Part shown: positions 39,102 to 49,139 of the stretch, in pieces
Layout of the letters: each line of letters begins with the position of its first letter
How positions within the stretch are numbered: position 1 is the stretch's first letter
Assembly (NCBI GenBank): GCA_963707025.1
Contig: CAVPOM010000018.1
Location: 288,001 to 352,000 of the forward strand
Direction: 5' to 3'
Source: an uncultured Verrucomicrobiae bacterium
Lineage (GTDB): Bacteria > Verrucomicrobiota > Verrucomicrobiia > Limisphaerales > Palsa-1400
DNA: 64,000 nt
Program-made: the position numbers and the translations under genes
Notes under the pieces: generated by a model
The model's input: the letters and a program-made list of their open reading frames with translations, nothing else
Database searches by the model: none
Told to the model about the DNA's origin: nothing

Positions 39102-40037
39102 TTAGCAAACATCCTCGCCCACGATTTCCACTTCGGTCTGCAGGTCAATGCCCCGGGCCGCCTTGACCCGCGACCGGATCAGCTCGATCAATTCCAATAC
39201 GTCGCGCGCCGAGGCCGTGCCGTCGTTGATGATAAAATTGGCATGGACGGCGGAAACCGCCGCGCCCCCCACGCGCGCGCCCTTCAGCCCGGCCTGGTCA
39301 ATTAATTGGCCGGCGGAAATCGCCGGGGAAGGATTTTTGAAAATGCAGCCCGCGCTCGGCTCCTTGGGCTGGGAACGCCAGCGCCGTTCGTTGAATTCCC
39401 GGCTCCGGGCGGCAATGATTTCCGGCGCCGCCGCCTCGCCCTGGAAGGCCGCCCCCAGCGCGATGCAGGTCTGGAGCAGCGGGCAGGAGCGATACCCCGG
39501 GCTCATCGCGGCCGCGCTGCGCTCATGGATCTGCCCCTGATCGTCCATGAACCGGACCTGGCTGACCACGTCAAAAATCGCGCCGCCCATCGCGCCGGCG
39601 TTCATGCGCAACGCGCCGCCCACGCTCCCGGGAATGCCCTCCAGAAATTCCAGCCCCGTCAAGCCCGCCCCGCGCGCGCGGGCCGAGACCGCGTTCAATT
39701 TTGCGCCCGCGCCGCAGCGCAATTGCCGTCCCAAAACTTCGATCCCGCAAAAACTCGCATGGGCCAGGCAAACCACCGCGCCGCGAATGCCGCCGTCCCG
39801 AATCAACAAATTGGAGCCGCGCCCCAAAATCAGCACCGGCACGCCCCGCTCCCGGCAAATGCGGACGACGCGCGCCAGGTCACTTTCCGAAGACGGCTCC
39901 ACGTAAAGGTCGGCCCGGCCGCCTACGCGCAAGGTGGTCCGGTCGGCCAAAGGTTTGCCGGCCCGCACGACGGCCCCGGGCAAGGCGGCCCGCAGTTCAT
40001 CGAATATTACTTCTTCCGCAGCCATGATTTCAGACAT
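39102..40037 (-). CDS. murB: UDP-N-acetylenolpyruvoylglucosamine reductase
   Basis: TTLRVGG, GRGSNLL, GIPGSVGGALRMNAG, SAGCIFKNP and HANFIIN. Start overlaps the murG stop. Confidence 0.95.
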   Translation of the reverse strand: MSEIMAAEEVIFDELRAALPGAVVRAGKPLADRTTLRVGGRADLYVEPSSESDLARVVRICRERGVPVLILGRGSNLLIRDGGIRGAVVCLAHASFCGIEVLGRQLRCGAGAKLNAVSARARGAGLTGLEFLEGIPGSVGGALRMNAGAMGGAIFDVVSQVRFMDDQGQIHERSAAAMSPGYRSCPLLQTCIALGAAFQGEAAAPEIIAARSREFNERRWRSQPKEPSAGCIFKNPSPAISAGQLIDQAGLKGARVGGAAVSAVHANFIINDGTASARDVLELIELIRSRVKAARGIDLQTEVEIVGEDVC

Positions 40038-41361
40038 TGAGCACCCCCAGTTTAGGCGCGTTTGCGCCGGAGACAACAGAGCCCGTGAGCGGTTGGGCGC
40101 GGGCGGCCTCAGCGGGGGGTTCTGCCGGGGTGCGCCTGTCCCCGGGGGCAGCAACATCCGGATTTCCGCCGCGCCCGCCAAATCCCGGCACGGCCGGAGT
40201 TTTGAGCACGGCGGCGCCCGGGGACGGGCGCGCGCCACACTGCCCGGCTGTGCTCCAGTGGAGCATGCGGTCGGCGATTTGGGCGGCGGCTTGGGGTGAA
40301 TGCCAGGCGCGCAAGGCCTGCCGCATCGCGGTGCGCTGGGCCGCGTTGCCCAGCAAGTCCAGTATTTCCTGCGTCAACAACCCCGGCGCAAGCGCGTCCT
40401 GCTCCAGGGCGCGGGCCGCGCCGCTGCGGGCGAAGGCCAGGGCATTGTGAAATTGATGATTGTCCACCGCCGCGGGATAGGGAATCAACAGCGCCGGGAG
40501 CTGGCAGGCCGCCAATTCGGCCAGGCAGGACGCCCCGGCGCGGCTGACGGCGACATCCGCCGCCGCCAGCGCCAGCGCCATTTCACCCAGAAACGCCCGC
40601 ACCACTGCCGGGCACTGGCGCGCCGCGTAGGCGGCCCGCACCTTTTCCAGATCGTCCGGCCCGGTTAAATGCACAAATTGCAACCGCGGCATGGCCTCCA
40701 GCAATTGGGGCAAAATGCCGGCGATCAATTCATTGATCCGGCGCGCCCCCTGGCTTCCGCCCATGACCAGCAGGACCGGCGCGTCCGCTTTCAACCCCAG
40801 GGCCGCTCGCGCCGCCGCCGCCGGACCCAACTGCAAAAATTCCTCGCGCACCGGCATGCCGGTGACTTCGATCCGGCGCGCGCGCAACCCTTCCCGGGCC
40901 GCGGCAAAATAAATAAACGCCCCGTCCACCATCCGCGCCAGCCAGCGGTTGGCGCGTCCGGGCACGCTGTTGGCTTCGTGCAAAAAGGTGCGCGCGCCCA
41001 GCCCTTTGCCGGCCAGGATGGGCGGCGCGGCGGTGAACCCGCCCATGGCCAGCACCAATTGGGGCGGGCGCTTTTTAAAACACAGGCTTGACAACCTGCG
41101 GGATTGCCAGAAGCGCCAGAAAAACCCCGCCGCGTTGCCCCGCGCCAGCCCCACCGCCGGCAGCCGCACCACTTCCATCTCCCCGGCCGCGGCCGCGGCC
41201 TGGCGGTCAATTTCCTTGCGCGATACCAGCAGGGTGACGGCGCAGCCGCGCCGCTGCAATTCCCGGCCCACCGCCAGCCCCGGAAACAAATGGCCGCCGG
41301 TGCCGCCACAGGCGATGGCGGCCACCTTGGGAAAGCTGGATGTGGCGGCGCAGTTATTCAT
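40030..41361 (-). CDS. murG: MurG glycosyltransferase (with ~70-aa low-complexity C-terminal tail)
   Basis: GGTGGHLFP, HEANSVPGRAN, GGSQGA, SRAGAS and HQFHNA. Confidence 0.95.
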   Translation of the reverse strand: MNNCAATSSFPKVAAIACGGTGGHLFPGLAVGRELQRRGCAVTLLVSRKEIDRQAAAAAGEMEVVRLPAVGLARGNAAGFFWRFWQSRRLSSLCFKKRPPQLVLAMGGFTAAPPILAGKGLGARTFLHEANSVPGRANRWLARMVDGAFIYFAAAREGLRARRIEVTGMPVREEFLQLGPAAAARAALGLKADAPVLLVMGGSQGARRINELIAGILPQLLEAMPRLQFVHLTGPDDLEKVRAAYAARQCPAVVRAFLGEMALALAAADVAVSRAGASCLAELAACQLPALLIPYPAAVDNHQFHNALAFARSGAARALEQDALAPGLLTQEILDLLGNAAQRTAMRQALRAWHSPQAAAQIADRMLHWSTAGQCGARPSPGAAVLKTPAVPGFGGRGGNPDVAAPGDRRTPAEPPAEAARAQPLTGSVVSGANAPKLGVLNV

Positions 41362-42535
41362 CGCTCAACTTGGGGGACGCATCGAAGGGATTGGATTTTA
41401 CCGCCGCCGGCGCGGTGGCCGACCTGGAAATGCTCAACAAAAGACCCATGCTCACCAGCATCAACAATAAATTCGATCCCCCGTAGCTGATAAAAGGCAG
41501 GGGCATGCCTTTGTTGGGCAGCAGGCTGGTGGCCACACCCATGTTGATGAACGCCTGGAGGCTGACCATGAAGGTGATCCCGGTGGCCAGCAGCCGGCCA
41601 AAGGTGTCGGCCGCCCGGCGCGCGATGTAAATGCCGCAAAACATCAGCGCCACAAAAATCAACACCACCCCCAGCGTCGCCACCAGGCCCAGTTCCTCGC
41701 CGATGATCGCAAAAATAAAATCCGTGTGGTGCTCCGGAATGAAACCCAGTTTCTGCCGGCTGTCGCCCAGGCCCAGGCCCGTCCACCCGCCCGCTCCGAA
41801 GGCGATCATGGCCTGATAAGCCTGGTAGCCCGTCAGGTCCTTGCTCAACTCGGGATGAAGCCAGGCCAGGATCCGCTTCAGACGCATCGGATCATGCAGC
41901 AATGACAACGCCAGCCCGCCCGCCGCCAGTAGGACCGGCGGCGCCAGATAGACTAGCCGAACCCCGGCCACAATGAGCATCGCCCCGGCCACCGCCGCCA
42001 GCAGAATGGTGCAGCCTCGATCCGGTTCCTTGAAAACCAGCGCCAGCGGAACAACGAGGATTGCGATGGGAATGGCCAGACCGAATTTCAAAGTGCCCAT
42101 TTGCCGCTGGTAACGGTCCGCATACGCCGCCAGGAACAAGATCATGGCCAGTTTGGCCAGTTCGGAAGGCTGGAAGTGTGGAAGCTGGGGATGGTAGGGA
42201 ACACCAATCCAACGATGCGCCCCCGACCTGCCGCCGGCACTGCTCCCCGCCTTGGCCGCCCAGCCAATGTGCGGCACAAAAACCAAAATGAGAAGGAGAA
42301 CCGCCAAGAGCAGAATCCAAGGCGCCATTCTTTTCAACCGCCGGTAATCCACCGCCGCCGCCGCCGCGCACCCCGCCAGCCCAAGGGCGCCCCAAACCAT
42401 CTGCGACCGCAGGAAATCAGAGCCGACCGCCGACCGGTTCAACTCTATATTCATGCTCGAACTGTAGAGCGTGATCATTCCCAGCCCCAGCAACACGGCC
42501 ACACAAAAAACCAGGATGCTCGTGGCTCTGTTCAT
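41354..42535 (-). CDS. ftsW: SEDS peptidoglycan polymerase FtsW
   Basis: FQPSELAK, PEHHTDFIFAIIGEELG and LPFISYGGS. Confidence 0.96.
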   Translation of the reverse strand: MNRATSILVFCVAVLLGLGMITLYSSSMNIELNRSAVGSDFLRSQMVWGALGLAGCAAAAAVDYRRLKRMAPWILLLAVLLLILVFVPHIGWAAKAGSSAGGRSGAHRWIGVPYHPQLPHFQPSELAKLAMILFLAAYADRYQRQMGTLKFGLAIPIAILVVPLALVFKEPDRGCTILLAAVAGAMLIVAGVRLVYLAPPVLLAAGGLALSLLHDPMRLKRILAWLHPELSKDLTGYQAYQAMIAFGAGGWTGLGLGDSRQKLGFIPEHHTDFIFAIIGEELGLVATLGVVLIFVALMFCGIYIARRAADTFGRLLATGITFMVSLQAFINMGVATSLLPNKGMPLPFISYGGSNLLLMLVSMGLLLSISRSATAPAAVKSNPFDASPKLSDE

Positions 42536-42629
42536 AACAGCATTGTCCGCCTCACGAAAATCCAAAATGCAAGGCGGACGTTCCGACTGAGGCCGTCGGA
42601 CGTCCCGCTCAAACCGGTGGGGCGATCCA

Positions 42630-43466
42630 CTAATTCGCCCGGATCATGGGCGCCGGCGCGGCACCGCCGGATACGGGAGCCGGGACCGCCGCCGTTGGGG
42701 CCGCGGCGGGAGCCGCGTCCGCCGAAGCCATTTTCATCACCGGTACTTTCAGTTTTTGACCGGCTTTGATGGCCGAGGTCTTCATGTCGTTGAGCGCCAG
42801 GATGGCTTTGACCGAGGTGTTGTGCGTCTTGGCGATTCTCACCAACACGTCGCCGGATTTGACGACGTAGAGGGTCGCATCGCCGGAAGCGGTCGCGGCA
42901 GCATCGCCGCCGGCCTTGACCGCATCGGTGGCGGCAACCGGGCTGGCCGGGATTTGCAACTTCTGTTTAACTTGCAGCTTCTTCGGATCAACGCCCGGAT
43001 TGGCCTCTTCCAGAGCCTTGAGCGTAACCCCGTTCTTTCTGGCAATGGTGCTGAGCAAGTCACCGGCGGCAACCACATAGACACTGCCTCCCGTGGCCGG
43101 CGCAACCGCTGGTGTATTCAACGGCGGCGTCACGGTCGTGGCCGGCGTTGTCGCCAAGGCGGGCAAAGTGCCGCTGGCGCCGGCGCCCGGCAATGTCGCG
43201 GCGCCCGGCGTCGTGCCAGATGGGGAGGTCATAGGAGCCGGGGTGGAAAGGTCGGTGCCCGGTGCGGTCGTGGGGTTGGCCGGGCCGCCGGCCACATCAT
43301 CCGTTTTGGGTTTCTCCGTGGTGGCCGTGTTTTTGCATCCCACCATCAAGATGCCGCCGAGCACGACGATATGCACGACAAAGATCATCAGGATTTTGAA
43401 ATAGAGGTTGGATCTGGCCGACGGGGGCAAAGTTCCCTGCGGCAGGAGTGGATTGGGAGTATTCAT
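42630..43466 (-). CDS. Membrane-anchored 2x LysM peptidoglycan-binding protein
   Basis: TM segment, Pro/Thr linker, and YVVAAGDLLSTIARK / YVVKSGDVLVRIAK LysM domains. Confidence 0.9.
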   Translation of the reverse strand: MNTPNPLLPQGTLPPSARSNLYFKILMIFVVHIVVLGGILMVGCKNTATTEKPKTDDVAGGPANPTTAPGTDLSTPAPMTSPSGTTPGAATLPGAGASGTLPALATTPATTVTPPLNTPAVAPATGGSVYVVAAGDLLSTIARKNGVTLKALEEANPGVDPKKLQVKQKLQIPASPVAATDAVKAGGDAAATASGDATLYVVKSGDVLVRIAKTHNTSVKAILALNDMKTSAIKAGQKLKVPVMKMASADAAPAAAPTAAVPAPVSGGAAPAPMIRAN

Positions 43467-43878
43467 AGATTTGCGCGCTGCTTTCGTTTTTTTTGAGGTT
43501 TATTTATTTGTTAATTTGCGCCGGGGTTTTTCCTCAAAAAACCCCGGAGCAAAGCATAAATTCATCACTTTTTATTCCAAAAATCTCTAACACATCACTT
43601 TCGCATTCCTTATGCCCGCTGCATCTTGTGGCCCCGGCGCGGCCCACCACCACCAATGGGGCGCCGCCGCCCCCGTTTTAACCCAGGCAACAAAACCCCC
43701 GGCAGTTGAGTTGATTGAATTTTTCAACGCGCCAACGAGCCGGACACGGCCAACACAAGTTCTTTTGAAACGAAAAAATCTCCGTTTCCTGGTTCATTTT
43801 TAGCAACCCTGGCCGCGGCTGGCAAGCAGGAAAAAGCGAATTTTTTTCAGGCCTCATGGTGCTCGCGATCTTCATGGG

Positions 43879-45033
43879 TTACCGGATCTTGAGGGTGGAG
43901 AGGGCCACGACGGCGCAGAGCACGCCCAGGATGTAAAAACGGGTGACAATCTGGGATTCATGCCAGCCTTTTTTCTCGAAATGATGATGGAGCGGCGCCA
44001 TGAGAAAGACCCGCCGCCCCTGGCCATAACGGAGTTTGGTGTACTTGAACCAGCTCCGCTGCACGATGACCGAGCCGGCTTCGGCCACAAAAACCCCGCC
44101 GGCAATGGCCAGAACCAGGGGCTGATGGATCAGCACCGCGATCATGCCCAGCCCGCCCCCCAGCGCCAGCGAACCGGTGTCCCCCATAAAAAGGCAGGCG
44201 GGGTGGCAATTGAACCAGAGGAAACCCAGCCCCGCCCCCAGCATGGCCGCGCAAAAAACCGTCAACTCGCCCGCCCCGGGCACATGCGGGATTTGCAGGT
44301 AGGCCGCGGTCCGGGCGTTGCCCGCCAGATAAGTCAAGACCAAAAAAACGAAGGAAACGATGACGGTGCAGCCGATGGCCAGGCCGTCCAGGCCGTCGGT
44401 CAGATTGACCGCGTTGGAGGCGCCCACAATGGTGCAGCCGGTCAGCACAATCCCCAGCGCCGCGCCGGCCCCGCCCGTCAGCACGGGGTATTTGTAGAAC
44501 GGCACCATCACCTGGCTGATGAGGGTGGTGGTGGCCGGCAGCTTCCACAAGTAGCCCGCCGCAAAGAGGGCCAGGGCGCCCTGCACCCAGAGCTTGATGA
44601 ATTCGCGCAGGCCGCCGCTGTTCTGCCGCGTGATCTTGGCGTAGTCGTCTATGAATCCCAGCCCGCAGAGGACGATGACGGAAAACAGGGCGAGCAGGAT
44701 CTGGGTGTTCCACTGCGCCCAGATCATGGCGGTGACGTCCAGCACCAGGACGATGAGCAGCCCGCCCATGGTGGGAGTGCCCTTCTTGCTGACAAACTGC
44801 GCCGGCAGCCCGCCGCCTTCATGGGCGCGGTCCTCATACTCCTGTCCGAACCTCAACTGCTTGAGCCAGAGAATAAAACGGGGATACAGCCACCAGCTCA
44901 GCAGCAGGGCCGTCACCGCCGCGCCCGCGCTGCGAAAGGTGATGTAGCGGAACAGGCGCAGGGGCGAGGCGAAAGGTTCCAGGAAGGTCCCGGCCGCCAG
45001 CTCCATCGTTTTTTGGCTCAGGTAATAAAACAT
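43879..45033 (-). CDS. mraY: Phospho-N-acetylmuramoyl-pentapeptide transferase
   Basis: KKGTPTMGG, NAVNLTDGLDGL, FMGDTGS and MAPLHHHFE. ORF also open to 45201. Confidence 0.96.
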   Translation of the reverse strand: MFYYLSQKTMELAAGTFLEPFASPLRLFRYITFRSAGAAVTALLLSWWLYPRFILWLKQLRFGQEYEDRAHEGGGLPAQFVSKKGTPTMGGLLIVLVLDVTAMIWAQWNTQILLALFSVIVLCGLGFIDDYAKITRQNSGGLREFIKLWVQGALALFAAGYLWKLPATTTLISQVMVPFYKYPVLTGGAGAALGIVLTGCTIVGASNAVNLTDGLDGLAIGCTVIVSFVFLVLTYLAGNARTAAYLQIPHVPGAGELTVFCAAMLGAGLGFLWFNCHPACLFMGDTGSLALGGGLGMIAVLIHQPLVLAIAGGVFVAEAGSVIVQRSWFKYTKLRYGQGRRVFLMAPLHHHFEKKGWHESQIVTRFYILGVLCAVVALSTLKIR

Positions 45034-45197
45034 ATCAGTCGTGGCGCCGCGGTTCGGCGGACGCTCCCGCCCAGGCGCGGCGCGCCGCCGCCAGGCGGAA
45101 CAGGAATCTGGGATAGCCGGCCTGCGCCAGCCGGTCTCGCTGCGTCCCCGCAAACCCGGCCCGGCACAGCCAGGCGCGGACCGACCCGCTTTTTCTG

Positions 45198-46595
45198 TCA
45201 TTTTTCATTTTTGCTCCTTAAGTTGCACAAGGTTTCCGTGATCCGTTCCAGCCGCATGATGCGCGAGGCCTTGACCAGCACGGCGTCGCCCGGGCGGGCA
45301 AAGTCGTTCACCGCCTGCGCCGCGTCGTCCAAGTCCAAAAATTCCGCCACGCTGCGCAGGCCGCTGCCGCGGGCCGAGGCGGCCATTTCCGCGGCGCGCG
45401 TCCCGATGGCGAACAAATGATCCAGTCCCAGTTCGGCGGCGCGGCGGCCCACCTCGGCGTGGGCCGGGCCGGAGGATTGGCCCAATTCGGCCATGTCGCC
45501 CAGCACCGCCACCCGCCGGCCCTGGCAGGGAAGGGCCCGCAGCGTTTCCAGCGCAGCCAGCATGGAATCGGCGTTGGCGTTGTAGGCGTCGTCCAGCACC
45601 CGCACCCCGCCGGCCTGGCAGAGTTGCAGGCGCATTTTCGAGGGGGCGCAGGCGGCCAGGCCGCGCGCGATAGGCGCGCGCTCCAGCTCCAATTCGGCCC
45701 CCACGGCCAGGGCCAAAAGCGCGTTGGCCACCTGATGTCGGCCCAGAAGCTGGATCTGATACTGCCCGTCCAGCCGCGGCTGGCGGCAGCGCACCCAAAA
45801 AACCGAGCCGGTGTCGTCGCTGCGAATGTCCACCGCCCTGTAGTCGTTGCCCTCATTGCAGCCGGTGCGGATGACGCGGGCGCAAGAGCGCGGCACCATG
45901 GATTCAGACCAGCCGTCATCGCCGTTGATAAAAAGCGTGCCGGAGGCGGACAAACTTTCCGCCATCGTTCCCTCCTCGCGCGCCACCCCGGCCAGGTCTC
46001 CAAAAAACTCCAGATGCTCGCGGCCGATGTTGGTCACGACCCCGTGGGACGGGGCGATCATTTGCACCAGCGGGGCCAATTCGCCCGGGTGGTTGGAGCC
46101 GGCTTCCAGCACGGCGGCCTGGTGGCAGCGCTCCAGCCGCAACAATGTCAGGGGCACCCCGATTTCATTGTTGAAACTGGCTTCGCTCCAGAGCGCGGCT
46201 TTTTGCTGGCGCAGGACCGAGGCGATCAATTCCTTGGTCGTGGTTTTTCCATTCGATCCGCCGACGGCAATGACGGGCAGATCGAAGTCGCGGCGGTAAC
46301 GGGCCGCCAGTTCACCGAGGGCGCGCCGCGTGTTCTCCACCGCGATGACCGCGCACGGGCAGAAATCGGCGGGCAATTTGTCCCGCTCCGCCACGATGGC
46401 GCCCACCCCGCGCCGCGCCACCTCGGCCAGGAGGCGGTGGGCGTCGAACCGCGCGCCCGCCAGGGCGAAGAACAGATCCTCCGGCTCCGCCAGGCGCGAA
46501 TCGGTGCAGAGGCGCGCCACCATTTTGCCGGGGGAACCGTGGCGCAGTTCACCCGAGACGGCCTGGGCGATATACTGGAGCGGGCGCGGTTCCAT
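45198..46595 (-). CDS. murF: UDP-MurNAc-tripeptide--D-Ala-D-Ala ligase
   Basis: GSNGKTTTKE, SFNNEIGVPLTLL, DDAYNANADSM, LGDMAELG and VKASR. Confidence 0.95.
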   Translation of the reverse strand: MEPRPLQYIAQAVSGELRHGSPGKMVARLCTDSRLAEPEDLFFALAGARFDAHRLLAEVARRGVGAIVAERDKLPADFCPCAVIAVENTRRALGELAARYRRDFDLPVIAVGGSNGKTTTKELIASVLRQQKAALWSEASFNNEIGVPLTLLRLERCHQAAVLEAGSNHPGELAPLVQMIAPSHGVVTNIGREHLEFFGDLAGVAREEGTMAESLSASGTLFINGDDGWSESMVPRSCARVIRTGCNEGNDYRAVDIRSDDTGSVFWVRCRQPRLDGQYQIQLLGRHQVANALLALAVGAELELERAPIARGLAACAPSKMRLQLCQAGGVRVLDDAYNANADSMLAALETLRALPCQGRRVAVLGDMAELGQSSGPAHAEVGRRAAELGLDHLFAIGTRAAEMAASARGSGLRSVAEFLDLDDAAQAVNDFARPGDAVLVKASRIMRLERITETLCNLRSKNEK

Positions 46596-46652
46596 CGGCT
46601 AGGGCAATGAGAAAGGTGGCGGCATGGGGCCTGGATTTTTAGGTTTGACTCA

Positions 46653-48551
46653 CTAATTGCTTTTCACGGGACGGGGCCCGGCCGGAGAAGCGGCGGCGGC
46701 CAGCGCCGGGCTGGCGGGGGCGGCGGGGTCAAGGTCGGGTTTGAGGTTCAAATAATTGGCGGCGCGCTCGGCGATGGCCTTGAAAATCGGGCCCGCCGCC
46801 CCGCCGCCGAAATGGTCGCCCTTGGGCGGTTCATCAATGAACACGGCAATGCACAGCTCCGGGTTGTCCGCCGGGAAAAAGCCGAGGAAGGAACTGAAAT
46901 ACTTGTCGCTCACGTAGTGCCCGTTCTCCACTTTTTCCGCCGTGCCGGTCTTGCCGGCCACCGTGTAGCGCTCCAGGCGGGCCTTGGGCGCGGTGCCCTC
47001 CTTGCCCACCACCGTTTTCAGGGCGGTGACGAGCTGATTCATGGCCTCGGGGCGCGCGACCTGCCGCACCGGCTGCGGGTTATATTTGACAACTACCCGG
47101 CCGTCCGCGTCCACCAGCCGGTCCACGATCATGGGGCGCAGCAACAGGCCCTGGTTGGCGATGGCGCTCATGGCCATGACCATCTGCAACGGGGTCACGG
47201 CGATGCCCTGCCCCATGGGAATCCGGGCCAGGGAGATTTTGGTCCAGCTTTTGACCGGGGGCACGCTGCCATAAACTTCGCCCGGCAGAAAAATGCCGGT
47301 GCGGGAGCCGAAACCAAAGTCGCGCATGTATTGGTAAAGGGCGGCTTCGCCCAGGCGCAGCCCGATCTTGGCGGCGCCAATGTTGGAGGATTTGGTGATG
47401 ATGCTTTGCACCGACAGATCGCCATACGATTCATGATCATGCAGCGTCGCCCCCGCGTAGGCGAAATGCCCGTGCTCGCAATTGAAGATGTCGGTCAGGC
47501 TGACCAGGCGCTCGTCCAGCGCGCCGCTGACCACCACGATTTTAAAGGTGGAACCCGGCTCGTGGTAGTCGGCGATCACCCGGTTGCGCAGCGCCTCCGG
47601 CGGATACGCGCCGGGGTGGTTGGGATCGAAGGTGGGGCAATTGGCCAAAGCCAGAATCTCTCCGGTGCGCGGGCGGATCATGACCGAGGAGATGCTGATG
47701 GGGCAAAGCTGGCGCATGGCGGCGGCCAGCTCCGACTCCACGATGTCCTGCAAGCCGGCGTCCAGGGTCAAAACCACATTGAGTCCGTCGCGCGGCTCGA
47801 TGTCCTCGTCCCGGTAAGCCACCAATTCGCGCTGGCGCTTGTCCAGTTCGGTGTGCCGCCAGCCGGGGATGCCGCTGAGCTTGGAATTGAATTCCAGCTC
47901 GATGCCGTTCATGCCGGTTTGTTCTTCGCCTTCCCCGCTGATATAACCGACCACATGGGCCGCGAGGGTCTGGCCCGGATATACGCGCTTTTGCTCATCG
48001 CTGGCAAAAACCGCCTTGGCGCGCAGCGAGCGGCAGAATAATTGCTCCTCGCTCTTGAGCCTGGATTCGTCCACGCCCAGGGAAAGGGTGGCCATGGCGC
48101 GCCTGACTTTTTCCCAGGTTTCCAGGGAGGCCTGGTGTTGGAGAACCACGTAATGGGAGAGGTTGGTTTTGCCGCCCGCCACGACCAGGCGCGGGGCCAG
48201 GCGATCCAGCAGATAATCCTCGTTGGTTTGCAACAACGGGGCCAAAGCATGGGCCACCGCCGCCCGGCAGTTGACCGCCAGGGACGGCTGGGGGCAGATC
48301 AGCAGGGCCGGATCGGCGCAGATCAGCTTGGCCGGGATGCTGGTGGCCAGCGGATTGCCGCGGATATCCAGAATCTGGCCGCGCATCGGCTCGCGGGCGA
48401 TGGTGCGCACGGTGTTGTTGGCGGCCAGGCCCAGCAATTCTTCGTGCCGGACGACCTGCAGATTGACCAACTGCCCCGCCAGCAAGGCGAAGGCGGCCAA
48501 CAACCCGAAGGCCAGCCCCATCATTTTCCGATACTGCCAGACCACGCTCAT
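46653..48551 (-). CDS. ftsI: Class B penicillin-binding protein FtsI
   Basis: RGQILDIRG, EPGSTFK (SxxK), SSNIG (SxN) and GKTGT. Confidence 0.95.
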   Translation of the reverse strand: MSVVWQYRKMMGLAFGLLAAFALLAGQLVNLQVVRHEELLGLAANNTVRTIAREPMRGQILDIRGNPLATSIPAKLICADPALLICPQPSLAVNCRAAVAHALAPLLQTNEDYLLDRLAPRLVVAGGKTNLSHYVVLQHQASLETWEKVRRAMATLSLGVDESRLKSEEQLFCRSLRAKAVFASDEQKRVYPGQTLAAHVVGYISGEGEEQTGMNGIELEFNSKLSGIPGWRHTELDKRQRELVAYRDEDIEPRDGLNVVLTLDAGLQDIVESELAAAMRQLCPISISSVMIRPRTGEILALANCPTFDPNHPGAYPPEALRNRVIADYHEPGSTFKIVVVSGALDERLVSLTDIFNCEHGHFAYAGATLHDHESYGDLSVQSIITKSSNIGAAKIGLRLGEAALYQYMRDFGFGSRTGIFLPGEVYGSVPPVKSWTKISLARIPMGQGIAVTPLQMVMAMSAIANQGLLLRPMIVDRLVDADGRVVVKYNPQPVRQVARPEAMNQLVTALKTVVGKEGTAPKARLERYTVAGKTGTAEKVENGHYVSDKYFSSFLGFFPADNPELCIAVFIDEPPKGDHFGGGAAGPIFKAIAERAANYLNLKPDLDPAAPASPALAAAASPAGPRPVKSN

Positions 48552-48621
48552 TTTATTAAGATCAGCCGGCCGCCCGCGCTGTCCGGCTCCTCCAACCGAA
48601 CATGCGCGAGCGGCGGCCAAA

Positions 48622-48999
48622 TCATTTCTTGCTTTCTCCTGCCATGCCTTGCGCCCGGCGCGGCTCCGCCGGCGCCACCGGGGCATCCGCCGCCGCTTCC
48701 GTCAGGCGGATGACTTGCGCCTGGGCCGGTGGACCCAGGCCCAGATTCATGCTTCGGACCTGTTTGTCCAGGGCCTCGGGCAGGCACAAGATGGCCAGTT
48801 GATCCCGCCGGGCGCGGTTCTCGCGCTCCAGTTCGGCCAGCGCGATTTCCTTCCTCTTGACTTGATCGCCCAGCACGTCAATCTGGTCCTTGAACCACAC
48901 GTAACCGATGCCCGGCGGCACCAGCAGCGCCAGCAGCACCAGCGCCGTCACCACCGGGCCGGGCCGGAAACCGGATTCATTCTTTTTATTGCGGGCCAT
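48622..48999 (-). CDS. ftsL: FtsL-like cell division protein
   Basis: Short cytoplasmic N-terminus, one TM helix and a coiled coil; lies between rsmH and ftsI. Confidence 0.75.
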   Translation of the reverse strand: MARNKKNESGFRPGPVVTALVLLALLVPPGIGYVWFKDQIDVLGDQVKRKEIALAELERENRARRDQLAILCLPEALDKQVRSMNLGLGPPAQAQVIRLTEAAADAPVAPAEPRRAQGMAGESKK

Positions 49000-49011
49000 G
49001 GCGTTCGGGAA

Positions 49012-49082
49012 TGGAGTGTTGGAGGGTTGGAGTATTGGAGCGTTGGAGGGTTGCATCACTCCATTACTCCATCACTCCATCA
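49012..49082. repeat. 8-nt periodic inverted repeat (TTGGAGnn x5 / CACTCCAT x3)
   Basis: TGGAGTGTTGGAGGGTTGGAGTATTGGAGCGTTGGAGGG...CATCACTCCATTACTCCATCACTCCATCA can form a hairpin. Confidence 0.75.
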
Positions 49083-49139
49083 GTCCGTTTGTTTTTGCTT
49101 GTTCGTCTTCATCGGTCTTCCGGCGGTCCGGGACCGCCG

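Noticed and set aside
43678..43875. murD remnant after mraY
   Set aside because: The 65-aa ORF shows no Mur ligase motif that I can recognise.
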